Made by a program: the position numbers and the translations under genes
Notes under the pieces: generated by a model
Seen by the model: the letters and a program-made list of their open reading frames with translations, nothing else
Told to the model about the DNA's origin: nothing
Databases searched by the model: none
Shown: one piece after another, positions 25,182 to 40,119 of the stretch
Layout: the number at the start of each line of letters is the position of its first letter
Numbering within the stretch: position 1 is the first letter of the stretch
Assembly (NCBI GenBank): GCA_028826165.1
Contig: JAPDFW010000040.1
Span: forward strand, 1 to 57,844
From: Anaeramoeba ignava BMAN
Taxonomy: Eukaryota; Protista; Anaeramoebae
Reading direction: 5' to 3'
Length of the DNA stretch: 57,844 bases

Positions 25182-28100
25182 GTAAATAAAATTTTGAAAA
25201 AAAAACATACAAAAAAAAGAAGAAAAAAGAAAAAATAAGATATTTTTAAATTTAAATTTAAAATAAATTATTGAAGAAAACAAAATAAAAAAAAAAAGAA
25301 TTGATTGATTATTAATAGATTTATTTACATTTAATAAATTATTTAAAAAAGAAAATAAATTTCTCAATAATTTTCCTTTTATTTCCTTTTATACAAATTT
25401 TCTCAATTTTTTTTTCTTAATCATATTAACATCAACTATTTATATTCAAAATTTAAGAAAAATCAAAAAAAAAAAAAAAAAAAAACAAAAAGAAAAAGAA
25501 ATCAAAAAAAAAAAAAAAAAAAAAAAAATTTTTTAAAGAAAATCAAATTTAAAAAGAGTTTTTGTTTATTTTATTTTATTGAATTTTATTTCTTTTTATT
25601 TTATAAGAGATTGAAGGAAAAAAATGTTATAAATTGGAGAAATTTAAAATTTGGAAATTTGTTAATTTTTCTTTTCTTTCAATTATTCTACTTTTTTTTT
25701 CACAATTATCCTTTCTAATTACATCTTTTTGATTTTATTTTTAACCTCAATATCTTAATCAATAAAAGGTTTTTATTTTTATTTTTTATTTTTTATTTTT
25801 TATTTTTTATAAAAATATAGATATTCATATTTCAATTCTTTTATATTTTGTTTAATAGTTATTTTTTTTGTTATTAGATTTTATCCAATGAATATTATTT
25901 TTAAAATAAAATAAAATAAAATAAAATATTTGTAATATTCTTTCTCTAAATAATATAAGAAATATCTCAATAAATATCTAAAATGAGTATCTTTATAATT
26001 TAATGTTTTGAAACAAAATGTATCAATTTATTGTGAAATATCAACTTAATATTCAATTTTGATTATATTTATTTTTCTAAAATTATAAACAAATTTTTTA
26101 ATTTGAAAACAAAAAAAAATCAAGAAAAACTTTTAATTTCATATTTTTTGTAAAATGAAATGTGAATTATTATTTAATTTTGATAATTATTTTCATTTTT
26201 AATATAATTATTATTCTTAATTTTCATTTAATTTTGATTATCATTATTATTATTATATTTTTTTAATTATATTTTTATTGATTTTGTTATAATAAAATAT
26301 ATATACAGGAAAAGAATAAAATTCTTGAAGAATTTCAATAACATTACTAAAGTTTAGATGTATAAATTTTTTTATAAACTCTATAAAATTAGTATATTCT
26401 TCTTTTAATATTAACCTAAATATTGTTAATCAATCAATTAATTAATTTAATTTTATATAAATTCATCTCTTTCTTCTTTTTTCTTTTTTCTTTTTTCTTT
26501 TTTCTTTTTTCTTTTTACAAATTTAATCTAATCAAAACTTGAAATATTACAACCATAAAATATTTATTTCATGAGTTTTGTATTCCTTTCAAAATTAACT
26601 TCGAAACACAAGAATTTAAATTTTGAGAAAATGAAATGTGTAAAAAAAATATGAAAAAATTTTTTGATTTAATAATCAATTTATATGTTTGATTATTATT
26701 AGTTAATTTAACATCTTCTAATTTAGATTGATTTTGAGAGAAAGATAAATTGAAATTTTGAAATTTCTTTTCTTTTCTTTTTATCTTGGAATATTTAAGT
26801 TTTGTGATTAAATTTATTCATTTTCATTTTAACTTGAATTTTCAATATAATTAATAATTATAATTATAATTAGAATGATTTGAAGGAATTTATTGATCTT
26901 TTTTTTTACTTATTTGAGATTTTTTGTATTTTTTTTTCCTTTTTTTTTAATTTAAAATTTGAGAAAGTTGTATAAAATGTAAAAATATTTCAGTATTCTT
27001 ATAATTCTCCTTAATAAACATGAATTAAAATTATAAAATATTTTAATTTCCCATAAAAAAAATTATCTTTAATTATTTTATTATTACCTAACTTATTATT
27101 GAATTATATTTTCCTCTTAGATAATTATCCATTGTGTTTTTTTTCTTTATAAAAGAGAATTTTATAACAAAATTTTATGGATATATTGAGATCCTATATT
27201 TACTAAAATTGAAAAAAAAATACTTTGTTTTTTTTTCAAATTTTTTATTTATTTAAGTTATTATTTCTTTTTCTTTTTGTTTTTGTTTTTAATTTTCTTC
27301 TATTTTCATTAATTTATAGAATTTCAAAGTTTTTTTTTATATCATAATGAAAACCTGAATTTCAGTTATACAATATATAATTAATAAATTTAGAGAATAT
27401 ATCTTTAATGATTTTAAGTAATTATATTTGTGTTTATCAAAATGGAATAGATTATGAATATTCAAATTCTTTGGTTTGAAACACTTTTGAACAGTAACAT
27501 TAATCACACAAATAATATAATGGAAAATTAAAGAATTTTATATTAAAATTTTATATTAATTTATTTTGAAAATTCTAATATATTTACTATTCTTTAATAA
27601 TAATATTTTCAATTATTTTTGAGATTTCATTAATAAAATCAAAATCAAAAAAAACAAAAATATAATAAAAATAATAATATTTAAGAAGAAAAAGAAGAAA
27701 TGAAAATGAAAAAAAAAATATTAGAAAAAACTTTATAAAATTCCTGATTTAAATTTTTACAAAGAGAAAATAAAGATCAATAACAATATCCTTATTAATA
27801 AAAAATAAAAAATAAAAAATAAATTTATTTTTTTTCTAATTTTTCAAAGATATAATATTTTTGAAGGTAATTGAGAATGATTAAGAGAATATATTTATTT
27901 TTTTGAAAAATTAATTTATTTTGTTATTTCTGATAAAATATTAGTAAATATTAATTTTTTTTTGTTAGATTATAAATTGAAATAAATTCTTCTATTGAAA
28001 AAATTGATTTTTATTTTATTTTTTTATTTTTTCATTAATGGGAATAATTCCATAATATTTTTAAGAGAATTTTCCTTTTTTTTATTATTAAAAAATTATT

Positions 28101-28604
28101 TTAATTTGTTTTTGAATGTTTATCTATTTTATTAAATATTTCTTCATTAATTTTTTTTAAGTTAAATTATTTAATTTCAAAATAAAGAAAATTTACAATT
28201 CTGTGAATAAATATATTAATAAAGTGAATAAAATTATTAAGATATGAATAGATAAAAAAGAAGAATAAATTAATTTTATTTTTTTTTGATAAAATTTTAA
28301 AAAAAAAAGGGAAAATTATTATTTTAATCTCTTGAATATCTATAATATTTTTTTTTGAATTTAAATATTTAATAAAAGTAAGAATAAAAATAAAAAGAAA
28401 TAAATTTTTGAAAATTATTAGAAATATAATAATTATTATTTTTATTAATTTTATATTTATAGATTATTATTTCATCTTTTCATTTTTATTTTAAATAATT
28501 TAATTAAGGAAATACACACAAAAAAAATAAATACACAATTTTTTCTTCAAAATAAACAATAAAAAAAAATTAATAAATTTATAAAATTTTTAAATTTTAA
28601 ATAG

Positions 28605-30173
28605 AAAGTAAATTATTTATTTAATAATAATATTTTATTTTATTAATCTTTTTTTTTTACATTTCAAGTCAATATCAAAATAAATTTCTTTTTCTTTCTT
28701 TCTAAATTTTTTTTATGGATAAATATTATTTTTATTTTATATTTTTTTATTAATTTTTGGAAAGGAAATAATTAATTAATTAATTAAAAAATAATTTATT
28801 CCAATTTTATTCCTCTTTTTGTTTTTTTTTCCAAATTAAAATTATTTTTATTAAATAAATATTATTTTTGAAAATAAAACCCAAAAAAAAATAATATAAT
28901 AAACTTATTATTATTATTTATTTATTTATAATTTAAAAATAAAATTAAATAAAAAAAAATAAAAAAAAAAATAAAAATAAAAAATTAATTAATTTGAATA
29001 AAATTTATTTAAATAAAAAAAAAACCAATAAATTATTTAAAAATTAAAAATTAAAAATTTAAAATTGAAATTGAAATTGAAATTGAATAAATCTTTTTTT
29101 TTAAAAATTTTAAATTAAATCTAATCTTATTAAAATAATCTTTTTTTTTCTTTTCAAAATATTAAATAGGATGTAAATAAATTAATCCCAAAAAAAATAT
29201 TTGAAAATTAATTTTTCTTTTTTTTATTTATTTTTAAATTAAAAATTTTGAATTTTATTAAATAGAGAGTAAATAATAATTTATTAAAAAAAAAAGAATT
29301 TGAAACAAAAACAAATTTTAAATTTTCTTTTTTTTTTGATTTTTTAAAATCAATTAATTTTAATTTTAATTTTAAAATTTTTAAATTTTTATAAAATAAT
29401 ATTTTTTTTAATCAAAATCAAAATGATATTTTAAAAGAAAAAAAAGAAAATAATTTAAGAATTAATAAATTTTTATTTTATGAAATTTAAAATTAAAAAT
29501 TTTTTAAATTTAAAAAGAATTATTATAAAATAAAATAAATGAAAATTAATTAAAATAAAATAATTTTTAAAGAATTTCTTATTCTAATTATTATCAAATC
29601 AAAATAAAAAATAAAAAATAAATCATTTTTTTTCTTCTATTTCTCTTTATATTTATAAATATTTTTATTTTTAATTTTAAAACTAAAATAATATTTTTGA
29701 TAATAAAAAAATTGATAAAATATTTTACAAATAATTTATTTTTGTTTTACTTTTATAATTTCAATTTTTATTTATTTTCTCATTATCTATTCAATTTTTT
29801 CTAATTTTTGAAATTTATAATTTAAATATTTTAATATTAATAATAAATAAATAATAAATAATAATTATATTATTTATTTAATTAAATAAAAATCTTTTTA
29901 TTTTTATATATTTATTTATTTCATAAATTAGATAAATTTTATTAATTAAATCAATAATAATTTAAATTGAAATTATTCCATTTTTTTCTCTTTTTTTTTT
30001 AAATATTATTTTTATTTCTAAATTCAAAAATAAATTTAAAATTAATTTATTTCATTTTCTTTTTTTTTTCTCATTTTTTTTCATTCTTTCATAAATTATA
30101 TGTATATAAATAAATATATTTTTGATAATTAATAATAAATTAATTTTAATCAAAATATTTTAATAAATAGAGT
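28605..30173 (+). CDS. 3-nt microexons AAA 28605-28607 (K), GAT 29170-29172 (D), AGA 29266-29268 (R), AGT 30171-30173 (S)
   Basis: All four read aaaTAG NNN GTAAAT. Confidence 0.7.
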
Positions 30174-30214
30174 GTAAATTAAATTATTCAAATAATTTGA
30201 TTAAAATAATTAAT

Positions 30215-33200
30215 TTTGTTTTGATGTTAATTAGAGATTTACTTTTATTTAAGAAATATTAATAATAATATTAAAATTATTTTATTAATTAAAATGAAAT
30301 AACAAAAAATAAAAAATAAAGAATAATTTTGATTATTTATTTTAGAATATTTAAAAAATAAAACTTACTCAATATATTTTTTTATTTAAATTAATTTTAT
30401 TTGATTATTTTTCTTTTTTTCTTTCTTTCTTTTTTTTTTTATTGTAAAAAAATGTGAATTCCTTTTATTATTATTCAATCTCATAATTTATTTTATCATT
30501 TATTTTTTTTATTTTTTTTTAATTCAGGAAAATAATCAGAATTACAATCAAAATCAGAATTATATTGTGATAAATTTAAACTTTTTAATTTAATTTGATT
30601 TTATTTATTTTAATTTTATTTTATTATCATTTATTTATATAAATATTCATACTTATATTCTTTTTGATATTTTGATTCAAAATTCTTTTCTTCTTCAATA
30701 TAAATATCATTATTGTTATTATTTGATTCTTTTTCTTTTTCAATATCTTCTATGAATTTTGAATTATTCTTTTATACATCTCATAATTTTATGAAAAATA
30801 TTCCTTTTATTTGAATTTTTCTCATTAGAGTTATTTAATCTTTTATTGGTTCAATTTATTTCATTAATTTTTTTGTTATTTGTGAATATTCTTTATATTT
30901 CCACACACACACACACAAAAAAAATGATCTAAATTTTCTACTTATTATAAACAAAAAAGAGGATATTTTTGAGATATTTTTTTCCATATCATTATTGTAT
31001 ATGTTTAACCCATTCTTAAATATTGTTAATTTTAATATTTTTTAAACTTTAATCATAATTTTAATAACTTTTTATTTTTAATAATTTTGATTCTTCTTTT
31101 ATTATTTGATGATATTATTCTATTTTCCAACTTAGATTAATTTTCATTTCTTCTATTCATTGAATCAACAGATAATTTTGTGTTTGTATATATTATCTTC
31201 TCCTTCTCTTTTTCTTTATTCTTTTAAATATTCTTTGTTTATTTCTGTTAATTTGTTTCTTGATTTTCATTTCCTTATATTTATTTGTGTTCTTATATCT
31301 AGTGTATTAGTTTTATTTATATAAATAATGAATAATGGATATTTGTTTATTTAAATGTTTGTGTAATTTATGTGTTAATAAGAGTATCTATTTGCTTTTA
31401 TTCTTTTTTTAAAGATGAAATATTTCAATTTCATATAGGATTTGTGTTATGATAAATACCTTATAAATTATCATTTTTAATTGATTATTAATTTGTGGAT
31501 TCATAATTATATTCAATTTTATATATTTATTTTTCAATTTTTCTAAATTATTCATGATATTCCTTTTTATTTTATTTTTATTTTTATTTTTTATTTATTT
31601 TTATTGTTTTCATTAGTTTCTAATCCATAATCTTTGAGTATTTTATTTATAGATTGAATTATTTCTTTTATAATTTCTCTTTCTTTTTTTTATTTCTTTT
31701 TTCATTATTGATTAATACTATTAAATAATTTGTTTAAATTTAGATATATGATATTAAAATATCTATTTTTTCAATAATAAAATATTTTATCATTGTAAAA
31801 ATAATTTGTGAAAGAGTATCTCCTTAATAAATATTTCAATAATAATAATAATAATAACAATAATATTTTTTTTAATATAATAATTTAACTATAGATTTAT
31901 CTATTTACTATTCTGATAATTTTGTCAAAATATTTATTAATATATATTAATATAATCTATACATTTTTTCTATAAATATTTATTTTAATTAATTTGTATT
32001 ATCTAAAATATATCCAATTTATTCTAAAATTATTTTTTAGGGAATTATTAATAGATATTAATTTGTAGTTATTTATGATATATACATCTCTTTTTTTTTA
32101 AATATAAATATATAATTATAATTATTATTCTTTTTTTCTTAAATAATTTATGGTGATATCATTTATATTTTTTATACATTTTTTTTTGAATATTTATTTA
32201 ATTATTGTAAATATTTCTTCATATATATTACCATTCTCACCAATATAAATATTCTTATAAAAATTGATTTTATTATATTTATATGTTGTTGAATTTTTTT
32301 TACTCATTTTTATAGTTTTTTTTTAAATATTTCTAAAGAAGAATATTAGTTTAGATTTTCTAATATTTTCTGAAATTTACATTTTATATATTATTTTTTT
32401 GTTTTTATTTTTAATTTTAATTATTGATTCTCTTGGTTAATTTATAATTTCCTTAATTATTCTTTTTGAAATTTTCTTTCATTTCAGGATCTAATTTGAT
32501 AAATTTCTTATTTCATTGGGTTAATCTTTGAAAAAAAATTTTTTTTCTAATAATTTATTTTATCCATTTTTTTATCCTAAATATTTCCTTCTAATTTGGT
32601 TTTTCTTATTGTAAAAAAAATATATAATTAATTTAAATCTTATTTTCTCTTTTTGTTTCTGTGTAAATTTTCACTGTTTTGTTTTGTTTTTTTGAAAATT
32701 TTCTTTTTAAAATTTGTGATTATTTCTGGATTTAAAATTAATTCATTTCCAATTTTTGTTTTTTTTTCTTCTTCTTTTATTTTCTTTAATAATTTAATTT
32801 GAAATTCTTTTTTTTATATTTTTATAATATTTGAATGTTGTTATTTGTGTGAAATTTTAATTTGTATTGATATTATAAATATTTTATAATCAGATAATTT
32901 TCTTTCTATTTTATCAAATATTTTTATTGATTGAGTTTTTATTTTATTATTAATACAAAAATGATCTATATTTCTGTTTCTTGTATTTTCTGTGTTTAAA
33001 ATTATTTCTACATTTTTTAAGTATTTTCTTTTTATAATTTCATTTTCTGTTAGATTAAAAACTTATTCAATAATGAATTTCTCTTCTTTAATATTTCCTT
33101 TAATTTTTTTTTGTTTTTAATATAAATTTAAATAATATTTATATTGAAAAAAAAAATTTAAATTGAATAAATAAGTTAATTCTAAATTTCTTTCCTTATT

Positions 33201-34285
33201 TCAATGATTATTTTCCCCTTTTTCCTTTTTTTACTTTTTTTTAGAATATAATGTATTTTTCAAAATATCATTAAATTTAATTAATCCGTTTATATTTATA
33301 GATTTTATATTAATTATATATTCATCTCCAGTTAATTTCTTTTTTTGAAATTGATTTTATTAGGGTTTATTAAATTTATTTTTTTGTTTTCATTTTTCAA
33401 AAAAAAAATTGTATTGATAATTTCATTTTTATTTCATATTTTCATTTGATTATATTGTTTTTTTTGAATAATTGTAAAGATATATTAATTTTTTTTTCAA
33501 TATTTAAAGAGTTTGGAATATATTTAGAAAAGGTTTTATAATTTAAATTTTATTGAAATTTCTTATTTTTGTTTGTTTCTTTTTATATATTTTGAATTTT
33601 TATATTTTTTGTTTAAGTGTCGAATCAATTTTCCAATTCTTTATTAATCAATTTTTTTTTATCATTTCATCTTGAAATAATTTCCTATCTTTTATATTAT
33701 ATATTATATATATTTTTAAAAAAAAAAAGGATTTCTTATAAGAATGATTAATAAATTTAGAGAGAATTTCCCTTAAATTAATTTCTCTTATTTTCTTTTT
33801 ATTAAATTATATTCATATTCAACTTTGAAAATTAAAGAAGTTTTTAACCAATTATGTAAATCTAAATTCTTATAATAAATTGTTTATTCTTCAATTAATT
33901 TATTTTATTCACTATTTCCTTCATTTCCATTATAAGTATTTGTAATCAATATTATATATTCTGTATCATTTTTAATTATTTAACTAATGTTTATTTGATT
34001 ATTTATTTTATTCTCTTTATTTTCTTTTTATCTCAAGTTATTTTTTATTTTTTATTAAATTGAAATTAAAATTTTAATTCCTCTAAAAATCACTTATATA
34101 TTTATATATATTTATTTTTTTTAATGGATATATATTATTTGGAAATGATTTTGATATATTTAATTTACTTTTTTCTAATATCCTTTAAAGATATAATAAT
34201 CTCTCAAGATATATTTATATTTATTAATAAAGGGAGAATTTGCAAATACATTTAAATTTCTCCACTTTATAATTTCAAAATGAAA
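30215..34285 (-). mobile_element. Degenerate LINE relic (more divergent subfamily)
   Basis: The minus strand near 31790-31835 reads NIY*GDTLSQIIFTM, against GIYQGDPLSPLIFGM in the intact copy. The zinc-knuckle region near 30920 and the 5' end GGAGAATTTGCAAATACA near 34233 match the intact element. The 3' boundary is approximate. Confidence 0.8.
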
Positions 34286-34323
34286 AAAGAGAAGAAAAAG
34301 AAGAAGAAAAAATATATTTTTAA

Positions 34324-34800
34324 TTTGATTTGATTTGATTTCATTATTGAAATATTAAATGAGATTTTAACATATTTTTAAGTAATTTTGAAAATAAAAA
34401 TAATTTATTCTCAACTTAGATTAATAATAAGTTTCTATAGAGTTTTCCAAAAGAAGAAGATATTATAACATAATATGTATTATATTCCAATTCTTCTTCT
34501 CATGATTTTAAATTTATTTATTTTGAATTTATTTTTTGAATTTGAAATTTTAATTTTAATTTTTAATTTTGAAATTGATTATAATTGTAATTTCTTTTTT
34601 ATTTTATATTCTTAAATATTCTTTGAATTTTTTCTTAAATTTCTTTTTTTTTTTCAATTCAATTCCATTTTTTTATTATCTATTATTTATTATATTTTTA
34701 TTTTTTTAGATTTTTCTTTAATTTTGTTTTATTCCATTTTGAATAAATTTGAAGTTAAATATTTTCAAAATATTATTTTTATTATATATACAAAACAAAC
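34324..34800 (-). mobile_element. 3' fragment of another LINE relic with a (TTTGA)n tail
   Basis: TTATTGAAATATTAAATGAGATTTTAACAT resembles 39978-40010, and 34435-34505 resembles the ORF2 C-terminus at 40131-40200. Confidence 0.75.
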
Positions 34801-34868
34801 AAAGTTGAATAAAGAATTTAATTAATCAAAATGATTTACATTAATAATTTTATTTATAAATCTTTTTA

Positions 34869-35955
<1,087 letters not shown>

Positions 35956-36429
35956 TTAATAATTTTAATTTTTAATAATTAATAATAATAATAATAAAAA
36001 TAATAATTTTTTAATAATAAAATAATAATAATAATTCTTTTTAAATTTAATTTTTAATAAATTTAATTAAATTTAATTTGTTTTTAATTTAAAAAAAAAT
36101 AAAAAAAATTATTTTTTTTAAAAATTTTTTTTTATTAAAAAAAAATTAAATAAAATTAATTTTTAAAATAAATTAAAATTTAATTTAAAAAATAATAATA
36201 AAATTTTTATTTAAAAAAGAAAAATTTAAAATTTTAATTTGATTAAATAAATAATCTTTTTCTTTTGTTTTTTTTATTTATTGATAATTAAATATAAAAA
36301 TAATTAAAAAGAATAAAAAAATTATTTTTGATTTTTTTTTTGTTTAATTTGAAAATTCTTTTAATGAATTTTTCAATAATAAATAAATAATTTGAAATTT
36401 AAATGAAAAAAGAAAAAAAAAAATTATTA

Positions 36430-39400
36430 GAAGTTAATTTGATTCATCATTCAATTTTATCATTCATTTTCTCATATTTTTTATTCTCTGAATTTTATTC
36501 TTTTGATATTGATTTAAGATTGTATTCTTAGTTAAAATATAAATATAAATATAAATATAAAAATAAAATATAAATATAAATATAAATATAAATATAAATA
36601 TAAATATAAATATAAATATAAATATATAAAATATAAATATAAATATAAATATAAATATAAATATAAAATATAAATAAAAATATAAATATAAATATAAATA
36701 TAAAATAAATAAATATAAATATAAATATAAATATAAATATAATAAATTATATGAAGAATTTATTTTATTTTTTTTTTTTTTTAATTTTATTTTTTTTTTT
36801 TATTAATTTTGATTTAGAAGAAATTTCTTTAATTTTCAATTAATTTAAAAAGTTATAATCAAACACATTTTCTTTTTCAATTTCATTATTATATTATTTT
36901 TATTTCTTTTTAATTTTTATATATTATTTGTAAATTTAGATATAAATTGAAATATTTTCTTTTAGATATTTTATTATTTTTTTTTCATAAATTTCTTTAC
37001 TTTAGATTATTCTAATTAAAATTATTGGATTTATTTATTTTATTTTTGTATTTATTCTTCTTTGATTATTTTATGTAAATAATTAATATTTTTCTTTTTT
37101 TTTCTTTTTTTGATTATATTCTTTATATCATAAAAATATCTATTTAATTCATTTGTGAATATTCTTAGTTTTAGAATAATTGGAAATTTTTGTTATATTC
37201 TAGTTAATATTTCAATTTTTTTTTTAAAATAAAATTTTTTTGGTTTCATATTTTATTACTTCATAATATTATTTTATTTTTTAATTTGAAATATTTTTTT
37301 CATTTATTCAATTCCTTTAACTAATAAATAATTTTGGATATATTTTTTATTAATTATTTTTCCTTAAATTTGATTATTTTTTCCTATTTCAAATTAGAAG
37401 TAATTATATATAATTTACATGAAATATTCCTTATTTATATCTATATTTAATAATTTTTTTTTAAATTTTTGTATATATATTTGTTTATTTTTAATATTTA
37501 AGTTATTTATGGGTTTATTAAATTGTTAATTTGTTGATATTCTTTTTGTTTCAATGTAAAGGTTTATGTTTCATAAATTAATTGTAGAATAATGATTATT
37601 TTTTATATTTCAATTTTTATATGATTATTTGTGAATATATTCATAATAAATTTTTAATTTTATGAAGTTATTCTTGGATTTTTTTCTAAGTTGTTATCAA
37701 TATACTTTTTTTTTGTATTTAATATTATTTCAAGATATTTTATTTAATTATATTTATTATTTATTATTTTATTTTGATTAAGATTAAGTTCAAAGTTTTT
37801 TCTTTTAATATTTGATTGATAAATTATTGAAAAATTTATTTTTTTTTTGTGAAGTAATATTCTTTTGATTTTATATTAATATTATCAAATTATCATTATA
37901 TATTTACATATACATATATTCTATTAATGATTCTATTCATATAATTATAAAATAACTTACAATTACAAATATAATAAGAAACAAAAAGATCATTCTGTTA
38001 AATTACAAATAATTATCTATTATAATAATTTATTAAGAATTTCTTGATATATTAATTTTTTGATAAATTTTTTTCAACAATAATAATAATTCTTATAATT
38101 GAGTAAACAAATATATCAAAAACACTTTTAAATATCAATTTAAATTATAACAAAAGAGATTATTTAAATTATTAATATTTTTTCTTCAATTTTAAAATGA
38201 ATATTCTGGAATTTAAACATTTTCAGAATTTTATTTGTTTTTATATTATTCTTTTATCAATATATATATTTAATTTATTACAATCAAATTATTAATATAA
38301 ATGAGTATTTAGTTTTTTTTTTTTAAATTTCCTTTTATATAATTTTCTCATTTGTATATCTTAATAATGGTTTTTAAAACATTTTATTTATATTTTTTTT
38401 GAAGAATTATCAATATTTTATATTTATTTGATTTATATAAATGTTTTTGTACATATCTATTTTATTATAATCAAATATTGAAATGTTTGTTTTTAGATAT
38501 TTTAATGTTTATATAAAGTCTATCTAAATGAAATAATAATAAGTTTAAATTCCCTATATTTTTTAAAATTTCTATATTTATATTTTCAATTTTATTATTT
38601 ATTAATAATTATTAATATTTATTAGAAATATTATTCCATTTTGAATATTAATTTTATTAATTTTATTTGTTTATATATGTATATATATATTTGAGTGATT
38701 ATTTTTATTTCATATTAATAATTAGTTTGATTTATATTATTAATTTCAATATCTTTTTATTATTTTATTCCATTTTTTTTTCCTTAATAATTTCTTTTCC
38801 AATTAAAATTTGTTTTTTTTTCTTTATGAAAGATTGAGAAGTTTATAATTTATTTTAGTTTTTTTTTTGTATCTATATAAATAATATTCCTTATTTTGAA
38901 ATTATTTTTTTTTTCATATTTTTTTTGATTATATTAAGTTTTAATATTAATTTTGTATATGGAAATATTTCTTCTTCCATTTTTTTTAAAGTAATTTTGT
39001 TTAATATTTCTCTTTGATTAATTAATAAAATTGTAATTTAATTATTTTAAATGAGTTTTTGAATATTATTTTAATTATAAGTATTTTATGATTAGATATT
39101 TTGTTTTTTGTTATATCAATTATTTGGAAAATATTGATTTTTTATTTCATTATTAATACAGAAACAATTTATATTTCTTTGTTTTGTAATTATTTTGGAA
39201 TTCTTAATAAATTTGTTTTGTTTTCTATTTCTTCTTTGTATTAAATTAAAAATTCCCTTTCAATAATTTATATTTATTAATATATTTATATTGTACTTCC
39301 ATAATTTATATTATTAATTTATATTTTCTATTTCATATAAAAAGTAATAATGTTAATATCAGAAATTTTTATATGTAAAATATCTGTATCTTTATTTCTC

Positions 39401-39944
39401 TATTTCTTCTTAAAAATATTTTTTTTTCTCTTAATAAACTTCCTTTTGGGAAACTTTCATATTTATGAAAATAAATTATTTTCTTCAAATATATTTCTTG
39501 ATTATTTCAATTATTTGTGGTAATAGAATTTTATTTTTATTTTATTTTATTTTGTGTTTTTTCCTAGTTTAAGAAGTATATTTATGTTTATAGAAACAAT
39601 ATTAATTGAATATTCTTCATTTAATGATATTCTTTTTTTTCTTTTAATTTTTTTTGTCTAATAGATATTTTTTTTCTCAATTATATTTACATTTTTCAAA
39701 TATTTATTAAATAATCTCATTTTTTTTATTCCCAAATTTTATATTCTATAAATATATTTATGAATAATTATCAATATATTATAATTATTAATAACTGAAT
39801 ATTTTTTCAAATATATTTAAATGAGATTTGTTAATTACAATTTTGTTTGATTTCTTTCTGTATATTTTTTTTTCAAAATTTTTTTATATTTAATTATTTC
39901 TTTTTAATTTGGAATCAATTTGTCATTCTAATTCATTTAATTTT
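36430..39944 (-). mobile_element. Old LINE relic, 3' part, interrupted by the intact LINE
   Basis: Eroded RT motifs near 37890-38000 and an APE-start-like region near 39770. It continues collinearly at 44520-45160. The left boundary is approximate. Confidence 0.7.
36535..36742. repeat. (TAAATA)n microsatellite
   Basis: About 33 imperfect hexamer units. Confidence 0.9.
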
Positions 39945-39983
39945 TGAATTATTTGATTTTTGATTTTGATTTTGATTTTATTA

Positions 39984-40004
39984 AGGAAATCTCAAGTGAG
40001 ATTC
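39984..40004 (-). other. LINE 3'-terminal stem-loop followed by AAUAAA and the repeat tail
   Basis: The element-strand RNA GGAAUCUC-ACUU-GAGAUUUCC forms an 8-bp stem with one bulged U, followed by UUAAUAAAAUCAAAAUC. Confidence 0.6.
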
Positions 40005-40119
40005 CTGCATGCTTCTTTTGTAAATAATTTTTGAAATGAAAAATAAGAAATGAAGATAAAAAAATTTAAAAACTTTAAAAAAAGAAGAGTAAGTGGAACA
40101 TCTCATTTTTTGACTATAT

